Origin: Sphyrna mokarran
Taxonomy: Eukaryota
Assembly: GCA_024679065.1 (NCBI GenBank)
Contig: JAGIQG010000004.1
Coordinates: 50,902,001 to 50,966,000 of the forward strand
Length of the DNA stretch: 64,000 nt
Direction: 5' to 3'
The translations under genes and the position numbers were made by a program. Positions within the stretch are counted from its first letter, which is position 1, and every line of letters begins with the position of its first letter. The notes under the pieces are model-generated. The model saw nothing but the letters and a program-made list of their open reading frames with translations. It was not told the origin of the DNA and did no database searches. Shown here in pieces: positions 11,771 to 24,320 of the stretch.

Positions 11771-13409
11771 GTCACCCTTGGTATAATAGGGTCGTGTAAC
11801 CTCATATTTAATTTGGTGAGGTATATGGATAAATGTATGTGCAGCATGATAGTCTGATAGATAGATTAGATAACATATCCCAGAGAAGTTGATTATTAAG
11901 TGCTTGAATTAAATTGCGGTGAAGGAAATTGGGGGCATAGTCCACTTTTATTTTGGATCCTAGTCTGAATCACTCCAGAATGAAGTAATAAGGGCAGGGA
12001 GATCTAGATGGCTGTTTATATTGGAACTTAGCTTTTTATATGCCCCAAGCAGAGTCGGAATCTGGTTTCTGAGAGATAGTGAGATATTTCTGGAGCTGTC
12101 CAGAGCACAGAACTGCTTGTCGTTAAGCAAGCTTAGGGATTCATTGGAAAATCTCCCTGTAATAGCGCTGAGCATGGACTGTTTAAGTTTTTTTAAATTG
12201 CTGTACTGTTGTAGTAGGACTCTTGAGATTGCAGTTAGCATTAATTAGTAGGGCAGTACTAGGGAATATTCGATATTACGCCTGACTCATCCTGTGCCTG
12301 ATTTGCGAGCATTTAGTCCAAATAGTGGAAGATTTAATTCTCAGACCTGGTGTCGATCATCTGTTGGGGCATAACTAAACATAAACCAAACAGAAGGGAG
12401 TTTTGATGGGCGACTATCTCTGATCTTAAGATGTTACTGATTATTTTAGGATTATCTAGACAAAGAGGACTTGGCCGTTCTTCACAAACTTGCATTGCAA
12501 GCATCCTTTTTGTATCGTCTGGTAATTTCTCTGGATTGGATAAATGAAAGCTGGACACTTCCCATATGAGAGAGGGATAGCCAGATCAAGATTCAGCACC
12601 GCACCACTGTGGTGCACGTCTGGTTGTATTGTTGGTGGTTTGGAAACAGATCACTCAGCAAGTGCTCTTAACTCAACATTACCCACCAGAGGAATCTGTG
12701 AGGATGGCAAATGTGGAACAAAAAGGCTGATGGATGTTTCTGATTCCCTGATTTACTCTGTTTCAATTTGCAAGAATTCTAAATTGTATTTTTAATTTAA
12801 ATAGGTGGCTAAATCCAGTATTGATACAATTTTAAAAATGGCTTTTGATGCTTATTGCTGGAAGAGCTTCATCCTAATTTGTGTGTGTCCCACTATGCGT
12901 GGGTGGGGGTTTGATGAATATTTATATTGTGTGATTTAAGATTCCATGGCAACAATGGGCTAAATTTTCAAGTGTGATGTTGAACATATTTCCAGTCGAG
13001 TACCTGGGCACGTGTGACTGGATAAAGGACACCATCTTCCAAATCTTATTTTTAGTGTATCTTCACACTTAAACTGTTTCTTACACTTTGAGCAATACTG
13101 GAGGGAAGTGGTGGAAAGATCCATCAGCCCACTGAACTGCATTGAATGCGCCTTCCATGGCCAACAAGTCTTGGTGTTGGATTTGAGCCCAGAGTTTATG
13201 GTCCAGAGTTAGGGATGCTGTCACCACCCCATAAAGCATCCTATCTCCAAATAGGAAACCGCCTCCAGCAGCACCCTCCAGTTGGAGACAGCAGGTGATC
13301 TGAGGATGTAGGAGGACTAATCAGGGTGTCTGAAGGGAAGGGTTGGCTGACAGACCTATTGTGAATGCAATGTGCTGCTGAGATGAGTAAACAAAAAGGT
13401 AAAAGGGAG

Positions 13410-13521
13410 TATTTAGGAATGTGAGGTTGAGTTAAAATCAGATCAGCCATGATCATATTGTCTGCTGGAGCTGGCTCAAAGGACTAAGTGGCCTACCCTT
13501 GCTTCTACTCCATATGTTCAT
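13410..13521 (+). mobile_element. CR1 3' UTR fragment
   Basis: atcagatcagccatgatcatattg...ggctcaaaggactaagtggcctac...tatgttc terminus. Confidence 0.65.
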
Positions 13522-15019
13522 AGGAATGGAGAAGGAGATAGCAGCGCAAGTGACAAGCAAAGAGTGAAGAATAAATAGGGACCAGCATTTGCCTGCAGAT
13601 GTCTTGAGGATTGCCAGCTTTGTGCTTCAGAGTGCCCGCTCTTTGTGAAGTATGACACTCTGGCCTGCTGCTCTGGGCTTGCCACCTGTGAGTAGATGAA
13701 GTACAGAAATGGGGAAGTTATGGGCTGCAGTCAAAAGTCCAGAGCCTGCAATAGATGCTGTAAATTGCGTCTTCAATTCTGTCTCTTTGCTGACAGGCAG
13801 GGTACCATCCCACCCACCGAAAAAAAACTTCGGGATATCTGTCAACTTTTCCGGTATCCGCAACCTCTTGACCTGGAAATATTCCCCTGATGGCTCTCTT
13901 GATGGGGACCTCAATCACCTCTAGCATCTACCTGGAAGCTGAATCCAGTGAATTAGAAAGTATTTAGTTTGACAGATGGAGAGTAGGGAATTTTATCATA
14001 ACTGTTCCCGATCCAGCAGAGGTGAAGTGAAAGGCGCTGTGTATTTGGGTAAAGTGATAGCTCTAGAGAAGAAGAACTTTAGGTTGCTGGTCCAGGGATC
14101 TGGTTTAAAGTTTGTCACTGCAGAGAGAAGTTTGATGTTTTGGATTTTGACTGGTGCAGTTTATCTTCCATTGTTCAATGGAAAGAGGTTTATCACAAGG
14201 CTGGTCCTCTACATTCTTCAGTTTCTCTGTTGTGTGGATTGGTTAGGATAATGTATAAAAGGCATTTCATTTCAGATGCAAAACTTTTATATTGTTCAGG
14301 AGTTACTAAAGAGAGTTGCTGGAATGTTTTATTATTTTGGAATAGGTAGTATGGAGTTAAGTCCAGTCTTGTATTTGTCTGCAGATTTATTGTTGCTTCT
14401 GTATAACTTTACTCGAAAAATCTAAATTAGTTTTTGGGCCTGAGCTCTATGGTCTGACCATTCCACCATGATGAAGAGATAGGAAGACAGTGTCTGCACT
14501 GGCAGACACAAGTTCACATTTTAGGTGTATACTTCACGCATCAAATTATAATTCAGTTCATGGGAAATGGCAGCATCCTGTGGGAACTGATTTGCATTGA
14601 GAGGTTGCTAGATTTCTCCTTAGTGTCCGAAGATGTGTAGGTGAGCTGGATTACCCATTGTAAATGTGCATGCTTACAGGAATAAGATGGGAGGGGGTTA
14701 AGATGTTCTTTTGGAGAGTTAGTGAAGACTTGATGGGCCAAGACAATTTGGGACACATTTCTGTCAATTCTAACAGAGATTCAATCTTTTTTTTAAAAGT
14801 TGCATAAGAAGCTGTGGGGAAATGCCAGGCGTATCCAAATATTCTGTGGCACATCTGAATAACACACTGCATGTCTGGGCAGTTTTCAGCACTACAGTTG
14901 TTCTTTCTGATACTCTATATCCCAGCAAGTTCAGCTCTCTGGTGGTTCAGGCCTATCAGTTAACTCCAGTTGTATAGAATCTCTCAGACTTTCCATTTAC
15001 TCACATTCCTTTAAGGTAT

Positions 15020-15225
15020 TTTAAAATTTCATTCTCAAGATATGCCCCAGCAGTGGCACTACTAGCATTTGTTGCCCATCTTGAAATGCCCTTAACTGAG
15101 TGACTAACTTGGCCACTTCAGAGGGCAGTTAAGAGTCAATCACTGAAATCACACATTGGGCAGGTTAGCAGATTTCTTTACCTAAAGGACACTAGCGAAT
15201 CAGTTGGGTTTTTATGGCAAGCCAA
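15020..15225 (-). mobile_element. SINE 3' fragment of the 31372 family
   Basis: Reverse complement of ...ctttaggtaaagaaatctgc...ttgactcttaactgccctctgaa...gatgggcaacaaatgct, matching 31560-31700. Confidence 0.7.
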
Positions 15226-15429
15226 CAGCTTAATTAAGACCATAAGAAATAGGAACATAAGAAATAGGGGCGGGCCGTTCAGCCCCTCAAGCCATTCAAT
15301 AGGATCATGACAAATTGTTACTTTTACTGAGGTCAGTATAAATAACAACTGCCATTTATGGTTGGAAGACTCCTTCCCTGGATTCTTAATTCAGTAATTT
15401 AACCTTTGCAATATCTTACCCACCATACA

Positions 15430-16640
15430 GAACAACAACTTATATTTATGAGGCGCTTTATAAAGCAAAACCTGATACCAATCTACAGGAGATAATTTGG
15501 CAGATAGCCAAAAATTTGGGCAAATAGAATTTTCAATAAAGATGGTAAAAGGTAGAGAGAGGTGAAGATAAAAAAGAAGGGACAGCTTTAGCGCTGAGGT
15601 GGCTGGAGATCACTGTCACCAGTGACAGACCATTTCAAAGTGGGGATGCTCGACAGGCCAGAATTAGAGGAGAGCAGATATCTGAGGCTGCGGGACTAGA
15701 GGAGATTACAGAGATGTGGAGGGACGAAGCCAAGGACTGATTTCAAGACAAGCTTAAGAATTGTAAATGTCTCCATTTTAAATTGTTCAGCCAGGAGGCA
15801 TTGTACGTCAGCAAGGAAGGGGTGATGGGTAAAGAGGAATTGGTGCTTGAAAGAGCATTGGGGAGCCGTGTTTTAATGCCCTCAAGTTCACAGGAGTAGA
15901 ATGTTGGAGGCTGGCCTCAGGAGTGTGTTGGAAGAGTCAAGTTTAGAGATAACGTAGAGGTGGATGAGAGTTTTCACAGCAGATGAGCTGGGGCACAATC
16001 GAGTTGTTAGAGGTGACGTTATGTTAGTGGAAATGGACAGTCTCACTGTGACACCAAGATTGCAAACTATCTGAGGTAGCTTCAGACAGTTGCCAGGAAG
16101 GGGGATGGAGTTGGTAGTAGGGACCAAAGACATTGATTTCAGACTTCCCAATATTTAGTTGGAGGAAATTCTGCTTATCAGTACTGGATGTTGGAATAGC
16201 AGGCTATAAACATAGAGACACTGAAGAGACACGGTGGTGAGATAGAGCTGAATGCACAAGAATACATATGACATGTTTCTCTGGATGATGTCACTCAAGT
16301 GGCATCATATAGATGAGAACTAGAGTGGGGCAAGCATAGATCCTTGTTGGGGAACTGAAGTTAATGTCTGGGAGCTGGAAAAGAAGCATTGGCAGAAGAT
16401 ACTGATGTGAACTCTTTCACAGAATGAGACAGACTCATTCAGCTTTTGTTTAGAGACATGGGATGTCATTTGTGATAGGAATGATTTGGTAATCTGACAG
16501 GAACAGAACTGTGATTGGAGGATTCAAACCTGAGAATTGAGGAAAGATAGATTTGGGAGGTGATGACACATTTGAGGATTTTGGAAAGATAAGAGAGAAT
16601 GGAGATAGCATGGTAGTTTGCAAAGATGGTTTTTTTTAAA
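15430..16640 (-). mobile_element. L2 LINE fragment (ORF2 3' part and 3' end)
   Basis: Minus-strand translation SSSAVKTLIHLYVISKLDSSNTLL resembles the L2 motif L(V/I)HAFVTSRLDYCNSLL; L2-type terminus near 15430. Confidence 0.7.
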
Positions 16641-17049
16641 ACATAGTTTATTGAGCTGCGGGATGCAAATTGGACAGGCTAATTTTTTATCCAAATGCAG
16701 GTGGACCACAATCATAATATGTCTTGGTGGTTTTAATTCTGGTGTCAACAGAATTAACTTGAGAACATTTCTAAGAATGTTCTACTAGCAGCATTGTGGT
16801 ATTACACAGCACTATCTGGAATTGTACCTTGCATACTTTCAGCCAGAGTGTCATGTTAAGAACTCATTTGGGCAGAGTCACGGTGTCTCATTCCTCAAGG
16901 GAGGGAGGGAGCTGAAGTGGTTAGCCTTGCTGCAAGCTTCCCACTGCACTTCTCACTTGTTTAATCTGATGAAAAATAACTTCAGCAAAGCATTGTTCTT
17001 TCACCAAGGTCATCTCATAGGCATCAGGAAATGTGAAAATCCATAGGTC

Positions 17050-17400
17050 CACATAAGTATGATAATTTAATCAACCCACCAAGCCCATTCTGCCATCAAG
17101 TTAGATTATGGCTGATCCATGTTTTAGCACCATTTAAATGACTTGACTCCATATCTTTTTAATATCCCTACCTTATGCAAATATAATGGTCTTTCTTTTG
17201 AAATGTTTAATTGAACCAGCCTATCAAAAGCTTGCTGGAGAAAGGGTTCCAAATTTCCAGTCACCTTTTTGTGTGAAGTAGTGCTTCCTAACAGCCCCTT
17301 TGGCCATTCTCAAATTCTGACTGCCCCTTGATTGGAAAGATCCCCCTGCCCCCGCACCAGTAAAGTTCGACATTTGTTCCTGCAGAATACTTCCTTATAT
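17050..17400 (-). mobile_element. CR1 3' fragment, degenerate
   Basis: Antisense CR1 3' motifs (cccattctgccat...agattatggctgatc, gggttccaaatttc, ttttgtgtgaagtagtgcttcct). Confidence 0.55.
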
Positions 17401-17410
17401 CAATTTATAA

Positions 17411-17580
17411 AATCCCCATATAGTAGAAGGAGGCCATTTGGCCCATCCAGTCTGCACCAACTCTGAAAGAGCATCTTATCCAAGCCCTACCCTCCATAAT
17501 CTCCACACGTTTACTTCACCAATCCTCTTAACCTGCTAGGGGTTAATTTAGTATGGCCAATCCACCTAACCTGCACATTC
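17411..17580 (-). mobile_element. HE1-like SINE 3' half (CR1-type tail)
   Basis: agaaggaggccatttggcccatc...atggccaatccacctaacctgcaca, matching the copy at 39691-39891. Confidence 0.8.
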
Positions 17581-17887
17581 ATTTAAGTTTATTTATTAGT
17601 CATAAGTAAGGCTTACTTTAACACTGAAATGAAATTACTGTGAAATTCCCTTAATCGCAACACTCTTGCACCTATTCGGGTACATGGGGGAGACTTTAGC
17701 ATGGCGAGTGCACCTAACCAGCACATATTTGTGACTGTGGGAGGAACCCGGAACACCAGGAGGAAACCCATGCTGAAACAGGGAGAACTTGCAAGCTCCA
17801 TACGGACAGTCATTCAAGGTTGGGATCAAACCCAGGTCGCTGGCACAGTGAGGCAGCAGAGCTAACCAATGTGCACTGTGCTGCCCC
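17581..17887 (-). mobile_element. V-SINE, tail type B, near full length
   Basis: Reverse complement of the 10662/37048 family, from tail (tttatttattagt) to head (ctgtgctgcccc). Confidence 0.85.
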
Positions 17888-18184
17888 TTTTCTCTGTCTG
17901 TTGAGAGTAAAGGACTAAAATAAACTGCTGTTAAATGTTATTCCTCGATGAATATGTGTTTAATGTGTCCCACTCGTTTTCATTTTAATGAATCAGATTA
18001 ACTGATAATTGAAGTGATTGCATTTTGAAATTCATTTTGAAATGATCAAAATGGGCTCAGTGCCCTATCCTCTCACTCGTTAGATTTGGGTTATGGGCTT
18101 CAGCGCTTTCACTTCAACTTGTGTTTTCCTATTCGTGAGCACAAGGATGAGTTTCCTTGTCAGGCGAGATTATTCCAGGGATAT

Positions 18185-18456
18185 GCTGATACTGACCATG
18201 TGCCAAGAGAAGCCACACACGTTCCGATAAGAGAGCAAACTGACATGCTCTCAGGGAGTTGATGCCATATCACCTGCTGATGAGGGACAAACTGATCTTG
18301 TGCCAACAGAAGTCATGCCAGTTACAAGCTAAGAAGAACCATGTCGGTTCTGTGCCAAGCGACCAAACTGATCATGTGGTGACGCAACCTGCATTATGTT
18401 GTGTGACATGCAGCACACCAACCCTGTGTCAAAATGAAACATACTGACACATGCCA
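18185..18456. repeat. Degenerate spaced repeat of AAACTGATCATGTGCCAA-like units
   Basis: About six imperfect copies (near 18190, 18237, 18288, 18350, 18364, 18441). Confidence 0.5.
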
Positions 18457-19659
18457 TTAGGGGCATTGCCAACTATTTACCATGCTGACTCCTCACAGAG
18501 AAGTTTCATTGAGCATCGCCTTTCCCAATCTATGTCAGGAGGAAACAACTGCTCCACCACAGCAACCAATGCTTACAATATATAAAGTCTGTAAGTTAAT
18601 TTAAAAATAATAGTGCAGCAATGTACTCTGAACTATAAGCAACAAAATATTCTTCCTTTACTCCATAAAGCCTAACTTACTCTGTGAGATTACCAGGTTC
18701 TTTGTATTGTCAGTTATGTTGCATGGCATTGCAGAAGATCACTGCTTTTTTTGTCAAACTGTAAGAACGTTTCAGGTTGTAATAGATGGTTAGACTATCT
18801 ATTATAGCCTGGAATGTTTCCCAGAAGTGTGCAGTAATATGCTGCACCCAGACTAACTTCAGCGCATGTCGATTAATTACTAGTTTTTATTTTAGCAAAA
18901 ACCTACTTCATGATAAGGTGCGTATTGTCCTTCAGGATTCCCATAATTGACTTGCCAATCTGTGAGAGGTCTCAGACCCCATTTGGTGGCTGCATTATTT
19001 GCTTGCCCAATTTACTCAGTTTGTAGAAGCAGGGTACAACTGAGTTTAAGAGTATCAGAGTCAGCTGATCGGTCAAGATAATGCACCCAGGTTTTGTTGC
19101 TTCTGTTTGTTGAAGGGGAAGGGAAAGAAAGTATGTAATGGCCCCTAGTGGAATGTGGGATGTGCGTTTGAGTTTGAATATTGGATACAGATACGATCCA
19201 GTTTGGCTGTGAATTCCCCCTCCCCCACAGGTTTTGTGGTTGCGACCAATATTGTTTCTAATATAGATGATATTGTGAATTATTCTGAATGTGCTATTTT
19301 TCTAATCATAAAAATTAATAGCCAGAAAAAATTGTCTTAGTTCTACACATGTTAAATTATGATTTTAAAAATGCTTTTACCACAAAACTGTAGTGGGATG
19401 TCAAACCTAATTCAGGTATATTTAATTTGGATTTTCTTTTATTGGTAAATTCAGTATTTCATGTATTAAAAATGCAAACTATGAATTCTACCAGAGACTT
19501 TTGACAATTTGCTAACATGATACAGAAATGCCGTATTTTCACCTTGTGGCTCCCAACAATCTCATTTTGACATTTTAAAAAAGAGACTTTCGGCTTTTTT
19601 TAAAGAAAGGGTTGCCTGCCTGTAGTCCAGCATTTTTTTTTCTTTTGCTGCAAAGTTTC

Positions 19660-19790
19660 TCCTCCTTCAGATACTATGACCATGGACTTCCATTGGTTGA
19701 GGTGGGGCGGTGGGGGGGGTGGTTTCATGATTATATTTGACAAAATATGGCAGTGGTTTGCCATTGCCTTTTGCAATATGGCTGACCAGC
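19660..19790 (-). mobile_element. RTE-related (Bov-A-like) SINE tail remnant
   Basis: Minus strand reads aaggcaatggcaaaccactg...aatcatg...agtccatggtc, resembling the recalled BovB/Bov-A motif series. Confidence 0.45.
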
Positions 19791-20224
19791 AAACTCGCCC
19801 AATCTTACTACATGCTATCTGGCATTTTGGAGGGATTTATACGCTGATTATCAACCTATTTGTCCACATGTGAATATTACTCAGCAAACCTGTAACTACA
19901 TTTCCAGCATGCATGGCAATGGCAAATGCACTGGGAATAGAGGAAGTCTCCCTGCCCTCTTTGCCATCATCAAAGATCATCACCCTGGGGGGGTGCGGTC
20001 ACCTATTGGTCACTGAACTGTATTCATTCAGCTTCACTCTCACAAAAACCTTCAGAAGATTTTTGTCTTTAAAATAAACGTCATGTTGAAGGTCAAATGT
20101 GGAAATACTTTATTGGTGCCAAAATCAAACCAAAAACATTAAAGAAGCACTCCTGATTGCAATGAGAAATAAAAAATGGAATTTTCTTGAGAAAACATGG
20201 GGCACGCAGGGAATGGTTGTGAAT

Positions 20225-20372
20225 TGAGCTTAAAAGGGAGACAATCTATTTTGTCGTTATCTCCCAAAAGGAATTGAAAAGGAAAATTTTTCAGGACTAT
20301 GGGGAATGGGGCTAGTTAGAGCCAGCATAGACCTTATGGAGCAAATGGCCTCCTCCTGTACAGTAAGAATTT
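20225..20372 (+). mobile_element. CR1 3' UTR fragment
   Basis: ggaaaatttttcaggactatgggg...agagccagcatagac...aaatggcctcctcctgtacagtaa. Confidence 0.6.
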
Positions 20373-21221
20373 GTTAGTTCTTTCTCACTGGAGAGTGCCC
20401 ATTCACAGAGCTTGTCTTTTCATTACTCTGTATTCTGAAACGTAAGCCTAGTTCTTCCACTGAATAAATCAATAAATCATTTCCAAATGGTATCCAACCA
20501 ACAATCTGTAGACCTGAATTAGTGTCTCAATGTCCTGTTGTTTGGCCCAGCTTGTTCTGCCGGAAAAAAAATGATAATTTAACGAGTTTTTACTCTTTTC
20601 AAGCACATTAATTTCCTTCTCCTCATATGCCCAGAACATTCTGGCCTTTACATCACTGAGAGTGACCATTTCTGATATCCAGCATAGAATAAACCTTGAT
20701 CAGCCACCAAACCCATAAAAGCTGAGCTGCAGGAAGTCAAACAGCTCTACTTCACTCAACACACCACGCCTCCCTCTGTCCCCATGGCCATGCCTCCCTC
20801 TGTCATGTATTGCTGATGTGACAACAGTGAACAAATAACTAACCAAATTATGTTAATTACAAGGAAACATTTGACGTGGAAGGGTTCAGGTTTGCACTAA
20901 ATTCAAATGATCCATTTTGTATGTGAGAACTCAAACAGTTCTGAAGAAATACAGAACGAGACTTCCTCCTTGAGAGCATTGTGCTTCGTGACGCTTCATT
21001 AACTAGCCTGATGAAACCCAAGTTGTGCTTTAAACTGCACATCTTATCCATCAGCTTTTACTTCTGGAAAATTGTCACTTTTTTACCTTGACTTTTCTCC
21101 TGTAATCCTTAAGATCTCCTTTTATGACCTCCAGACTCTATTATGATACTAATACTTCACTCTTCATAAACTGCAACTTGCCTGAGCAAGTTGCGCATAT
21201 CCTATTAATCACTAGATATTG

Positions 21222-21364
21222 CTTCTGCTCTTCATCAGATTTCCCTTGATTTGAGGATGACACGTGTTCAGAGTGATGAGTTTCTGCCATGTCTTAATGT
21301 GTCTGAGCAGGCTGATTCTCAATTCACAGGTTTTTGGGCTCATGGACAGGACATCCCATAAGGT
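21222..21364 (-). mobile_element. RTE (BovB-like) LINE true 3' terminus
   Basis: Encodes ..PKTCELRISLLRHIKT (RTE C-terminal C/H motif), then gtcatcctcaaatcaagggaa and a gat/gaa-type tail. Confidence 0.7.
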
Positions 21365-22216
21365 GTTTGTTTTTGGGATCAGACAGAGAGAGGACATGTC
21401 CCCTTTTCTTCATGCCTTGCCCCTTTTTGTTTGGCTCACGTCTAACTCTTGTTGTCCCCTGTGATGCCTTGCCCTTGTATTGTGGCTTGTTGTCTTCTTG
21501 TCTCCTGGGCCTTTTCCTTTTTTATTACTCTTGTTAGTCTTTTCTTGCACAAAGCATGTATTCATGTGGGGTTTAAAGGCTGGGGGGGGGGTGCGGTTGG
21601 GGAATATTGGTTAGAACTCCTGGAGGAAGAGGGTAATGAATGGATGGGTTCTGCTGTATTTTAGGTGGTGTGTGTTAGGGGGAGAGGCTGTTAGGTTGGA
21701 GACTTTGTGCTTCTGGGGGTTGGGGTGAATGTCAAGATAGGATGTGTGTTGGAGAGTTTCTTTGGGTCTCCTAGCTGGAGAGATTTTGTGTGCCTGTTAC
21801 TGAGTAAATCTCTGGATTGGGGAATTGGTAGGGGTAGCAGATGGGCTATTGGGGGGAGGTTGGGCAATGGGGAGTTTCTTGATAGCAATGCTGATAGGTA
21901 GGTAGTGGATTGAATGATGGTTTGTTGTCATCCTGTGTCTTGGCTCTTTTGCCTCCCGTGCATGTGTTTGCTGGGGTGGACAGGGAGAGGGGGCTAGTGG
22001 GATGGAGTGACTTTTTGTTTGCGGGCGCTTTATGTTGTAGTGAGCAGAATGTGGGGTCGGAGTAGTGTGTGTATTGGGATGGTGTGGGGACATTAGTTGG
22101 CAAAGCAAGGGAGGATCAGAACACCCTTGTTAATCAGGAAGGTTTATAGGTTTGGCATGAGGCAAGAAGTTTTGTTAGCAGTACAAAATTACTTCTTTGA
22201 CAAATTTAGGTATATA

Positions 22217-22461
22217 TTTATTAGTAGGCTTACATTTACACTGTAATAAGTTAATGTGGAAGGGTACACTGAGGGAGAATTTAGTATGGCCAAACCAGCT
22301 AACTAGCACATCTTTGGAGTGTGCAAGGAAACTGGAGCACTGAGAAAACCCATACAGACACGGGGAGAATGTGCAGGCTTCGCACAGGTAGAGATCCAAG
22401 TTGGGAGTCCAGTCTGGGTCCGTGGTGCTGTGAGACAGCAGTGCTAATCACTGTGCTGTCC
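22217..22461 (-). mobile_element. V-SINE, tail type B, nested in the Penelope-like element
   Basis: gtaggcttacatt...gagggagaatttag...gaaactggagcac...gtgctaatcactgtgc. Confidence 0.8.
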
Positions 22462-23176
22462 ATAAATGAATGATTTCACATATTTGGTTTACATGTCTGT
22501 CTTCTCACATTGCTATCTTCTCTGTTGTGTACATCCCCTTTTACCATCACTTCTTTGTTCTCCTTTGTTTGTCTTGTGTCCTCCAGATTAGTTTTGTCTG
22601 CCTCCTCATTGTTCCATCCTTTCTCCTCCTTGTTGCTCTTCCTTTATATCCTCTTTCTGCTGTTCTGCCGACTCCCTGTTGGCATCTCTCTGGGATGGAG
22701 AGGTGATTTGGGGGGAAAAAACTGAAGAGGACAAGGGTTGGGGGGTGTTTGATTAATCTCTGAGTCTGTTTATGTTATGGGGAAGGTCTTGGTAGGACAG
22801 TGAGTCAGTCATGGGCTTTTCTTTCTGTTTTAAGGTCGATATGTGGGAATATGGCAAGGAGATGGGTCCATGGCACACCCCATGGTTCTTCGTTCAACCA
22901 TATGTATTTAGGGGTGTTATGAGGAAGTTGTCCATTGGGATGCAGTTATTTAATGGTACTTTGCTACCTTGAAATTCTGGTCTCAGTAATCTCTACTTGA
23001 CTTTTTCTCCTGAGTGTGAGGAAATCCCCAGACTTTGGGCGGTCTAGTAGTTTCTGAATGGTATTACATAGTTCCCGTTTTACCTGTGACTGGTGTTATG
23101 GTTTCTCAGTTATGTTATGTTCCTTTGCTTCTTTCAGTAGTGTTTGCTTGGGTGTATTATTTGTTTCTGTTAGTTA

Positions 23177-23523
23177 TCATGGAATCATAGAAACCCTACA
23201 GGACAGAAAGAGACCATTTGGCCTATCGAGTCTGCACCAACCACAATCCCACCTAGGTCCTACCCCCATATCCCAACATATTTTACGAACTAATCCCTCT
23301 AACCCATGCATCTCAGGACACTAAGGGCAATTTTAGCATGGCCAGTCAACCTAACCCGGACATCTTTGGACTGTGGGAGGAAACCAGAGCACCCAGAAAG
23401 AACCCATGCAGACATGAGGAGAATGTGCAAACTCCACACAGACAGTGACCCAAGCTAGGAATCAAACCCCGGTCCCTGGAGCTGTGAAGCAGTCGTACTA
23501 ACCACTGTGTTACCGTGCTGCCC
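23177..23523 (-). mobile_element. HE1 SINE, full length, nested in the Penelope-like element
   Basis: Complete head, V-domain and CR1 tail ending in a (TTCTATGA)-type repeat; best-preserved copy in the window. Confidence 0.9.
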
Positions 23524-24320
23524 TATGTTCATTGTGGTTTTGGATCTCCATGGTCTGGATAGTTTGACCTTTCAGATCCATGTCTGTCCCTGATCTTGTG
23601 TGGTTTGTGTATTCCTCTGTTCTAGGTTTAACCCGTTGGGTGGATAAGATTTTCATTTCATAGATCCATACCTTCTCTGCCCGTTTTCTTTCTACTGTGG
23701 TCCAATGAACATTGTATCTAGTTCCATAATAATTAGGGCTTAATGTCATGTTGCATGAAATATCTGTTTATGGTCTTGTTTTCCTTTTTTGTCCTAATCT
23801 CATTAATGTGAGAGTTTTTCCCTTAGCGTGTTGCCTGTTTCTGCTTCGTATGTTATCTTGTATGTCTTATGTTGGATGGCATACACACATTGTATTAGTC
23901 ACATTGGATTTTTGACTTTAGCACTATATGATATTAGTGTGGTGGGTTTTTATTTCCTTTAGTGTTACCAGGTGTTTGCAGGTCTTGCAGTTTTACTCCT
24001 GCATTTCTCCTCTTTGGGCAATTTTATCCTGTTTCTGACTAACATGTCCCTCAGGTTTTTGCGTTGTTTATAAAGTGCTACTAATTTGTAGTCCTCTAAA
24101 ATTTCATTGTTCTTTTTTAAATTTTCGAAGTTGACTATTCCACTTATTTCTCTATCCTCTGGGTGGTATATGGCAATTAGTGGTATGTGGGTTTCTTTTC
24201 CTTTCGCTGTGCTGCCTGTCCTTTTAATCATGGGAAGTTTGATTTGAGGTGTCTCAGGAATCTCTTGGTCTACCCTCTGCTTGCAACTGCTTGCATTATC
24301 GTATGGGATTTAAATACTGT

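Larger units (their letters stand above)
21365..24320 (-). mobile_element. Penelope-like element, 5'-truncated and decayed, inserted in the RTE 3' end
   Basis: Minus-strand remnants: linker IPLIAIYHP...LVALYKQRKNLRDMLVR, GIY-YIG-like CVYAIQHKTYKITYEAETGNTLREKLSH (about 23800-23893) and RKRAEKVWIYEMK. Assignment of 21365-23550 to the element rests on the flanking duplication. Confidence 0.7.

Noticed and set aside
13627-13927. Cluster of short ORFs on both strands
   Set aside because: No recognisable homology, splice signals or retrocopy hallmarks.
22417-22431. Partial REST RE1 match CAGCACCACGGAC (minus strand); also an isolated left half-site TTCAGCACC at 12592-12600
   Set aside because: The right end of the motif is missing, and the first lies in a mutated SINE head; insufficient to call a site.
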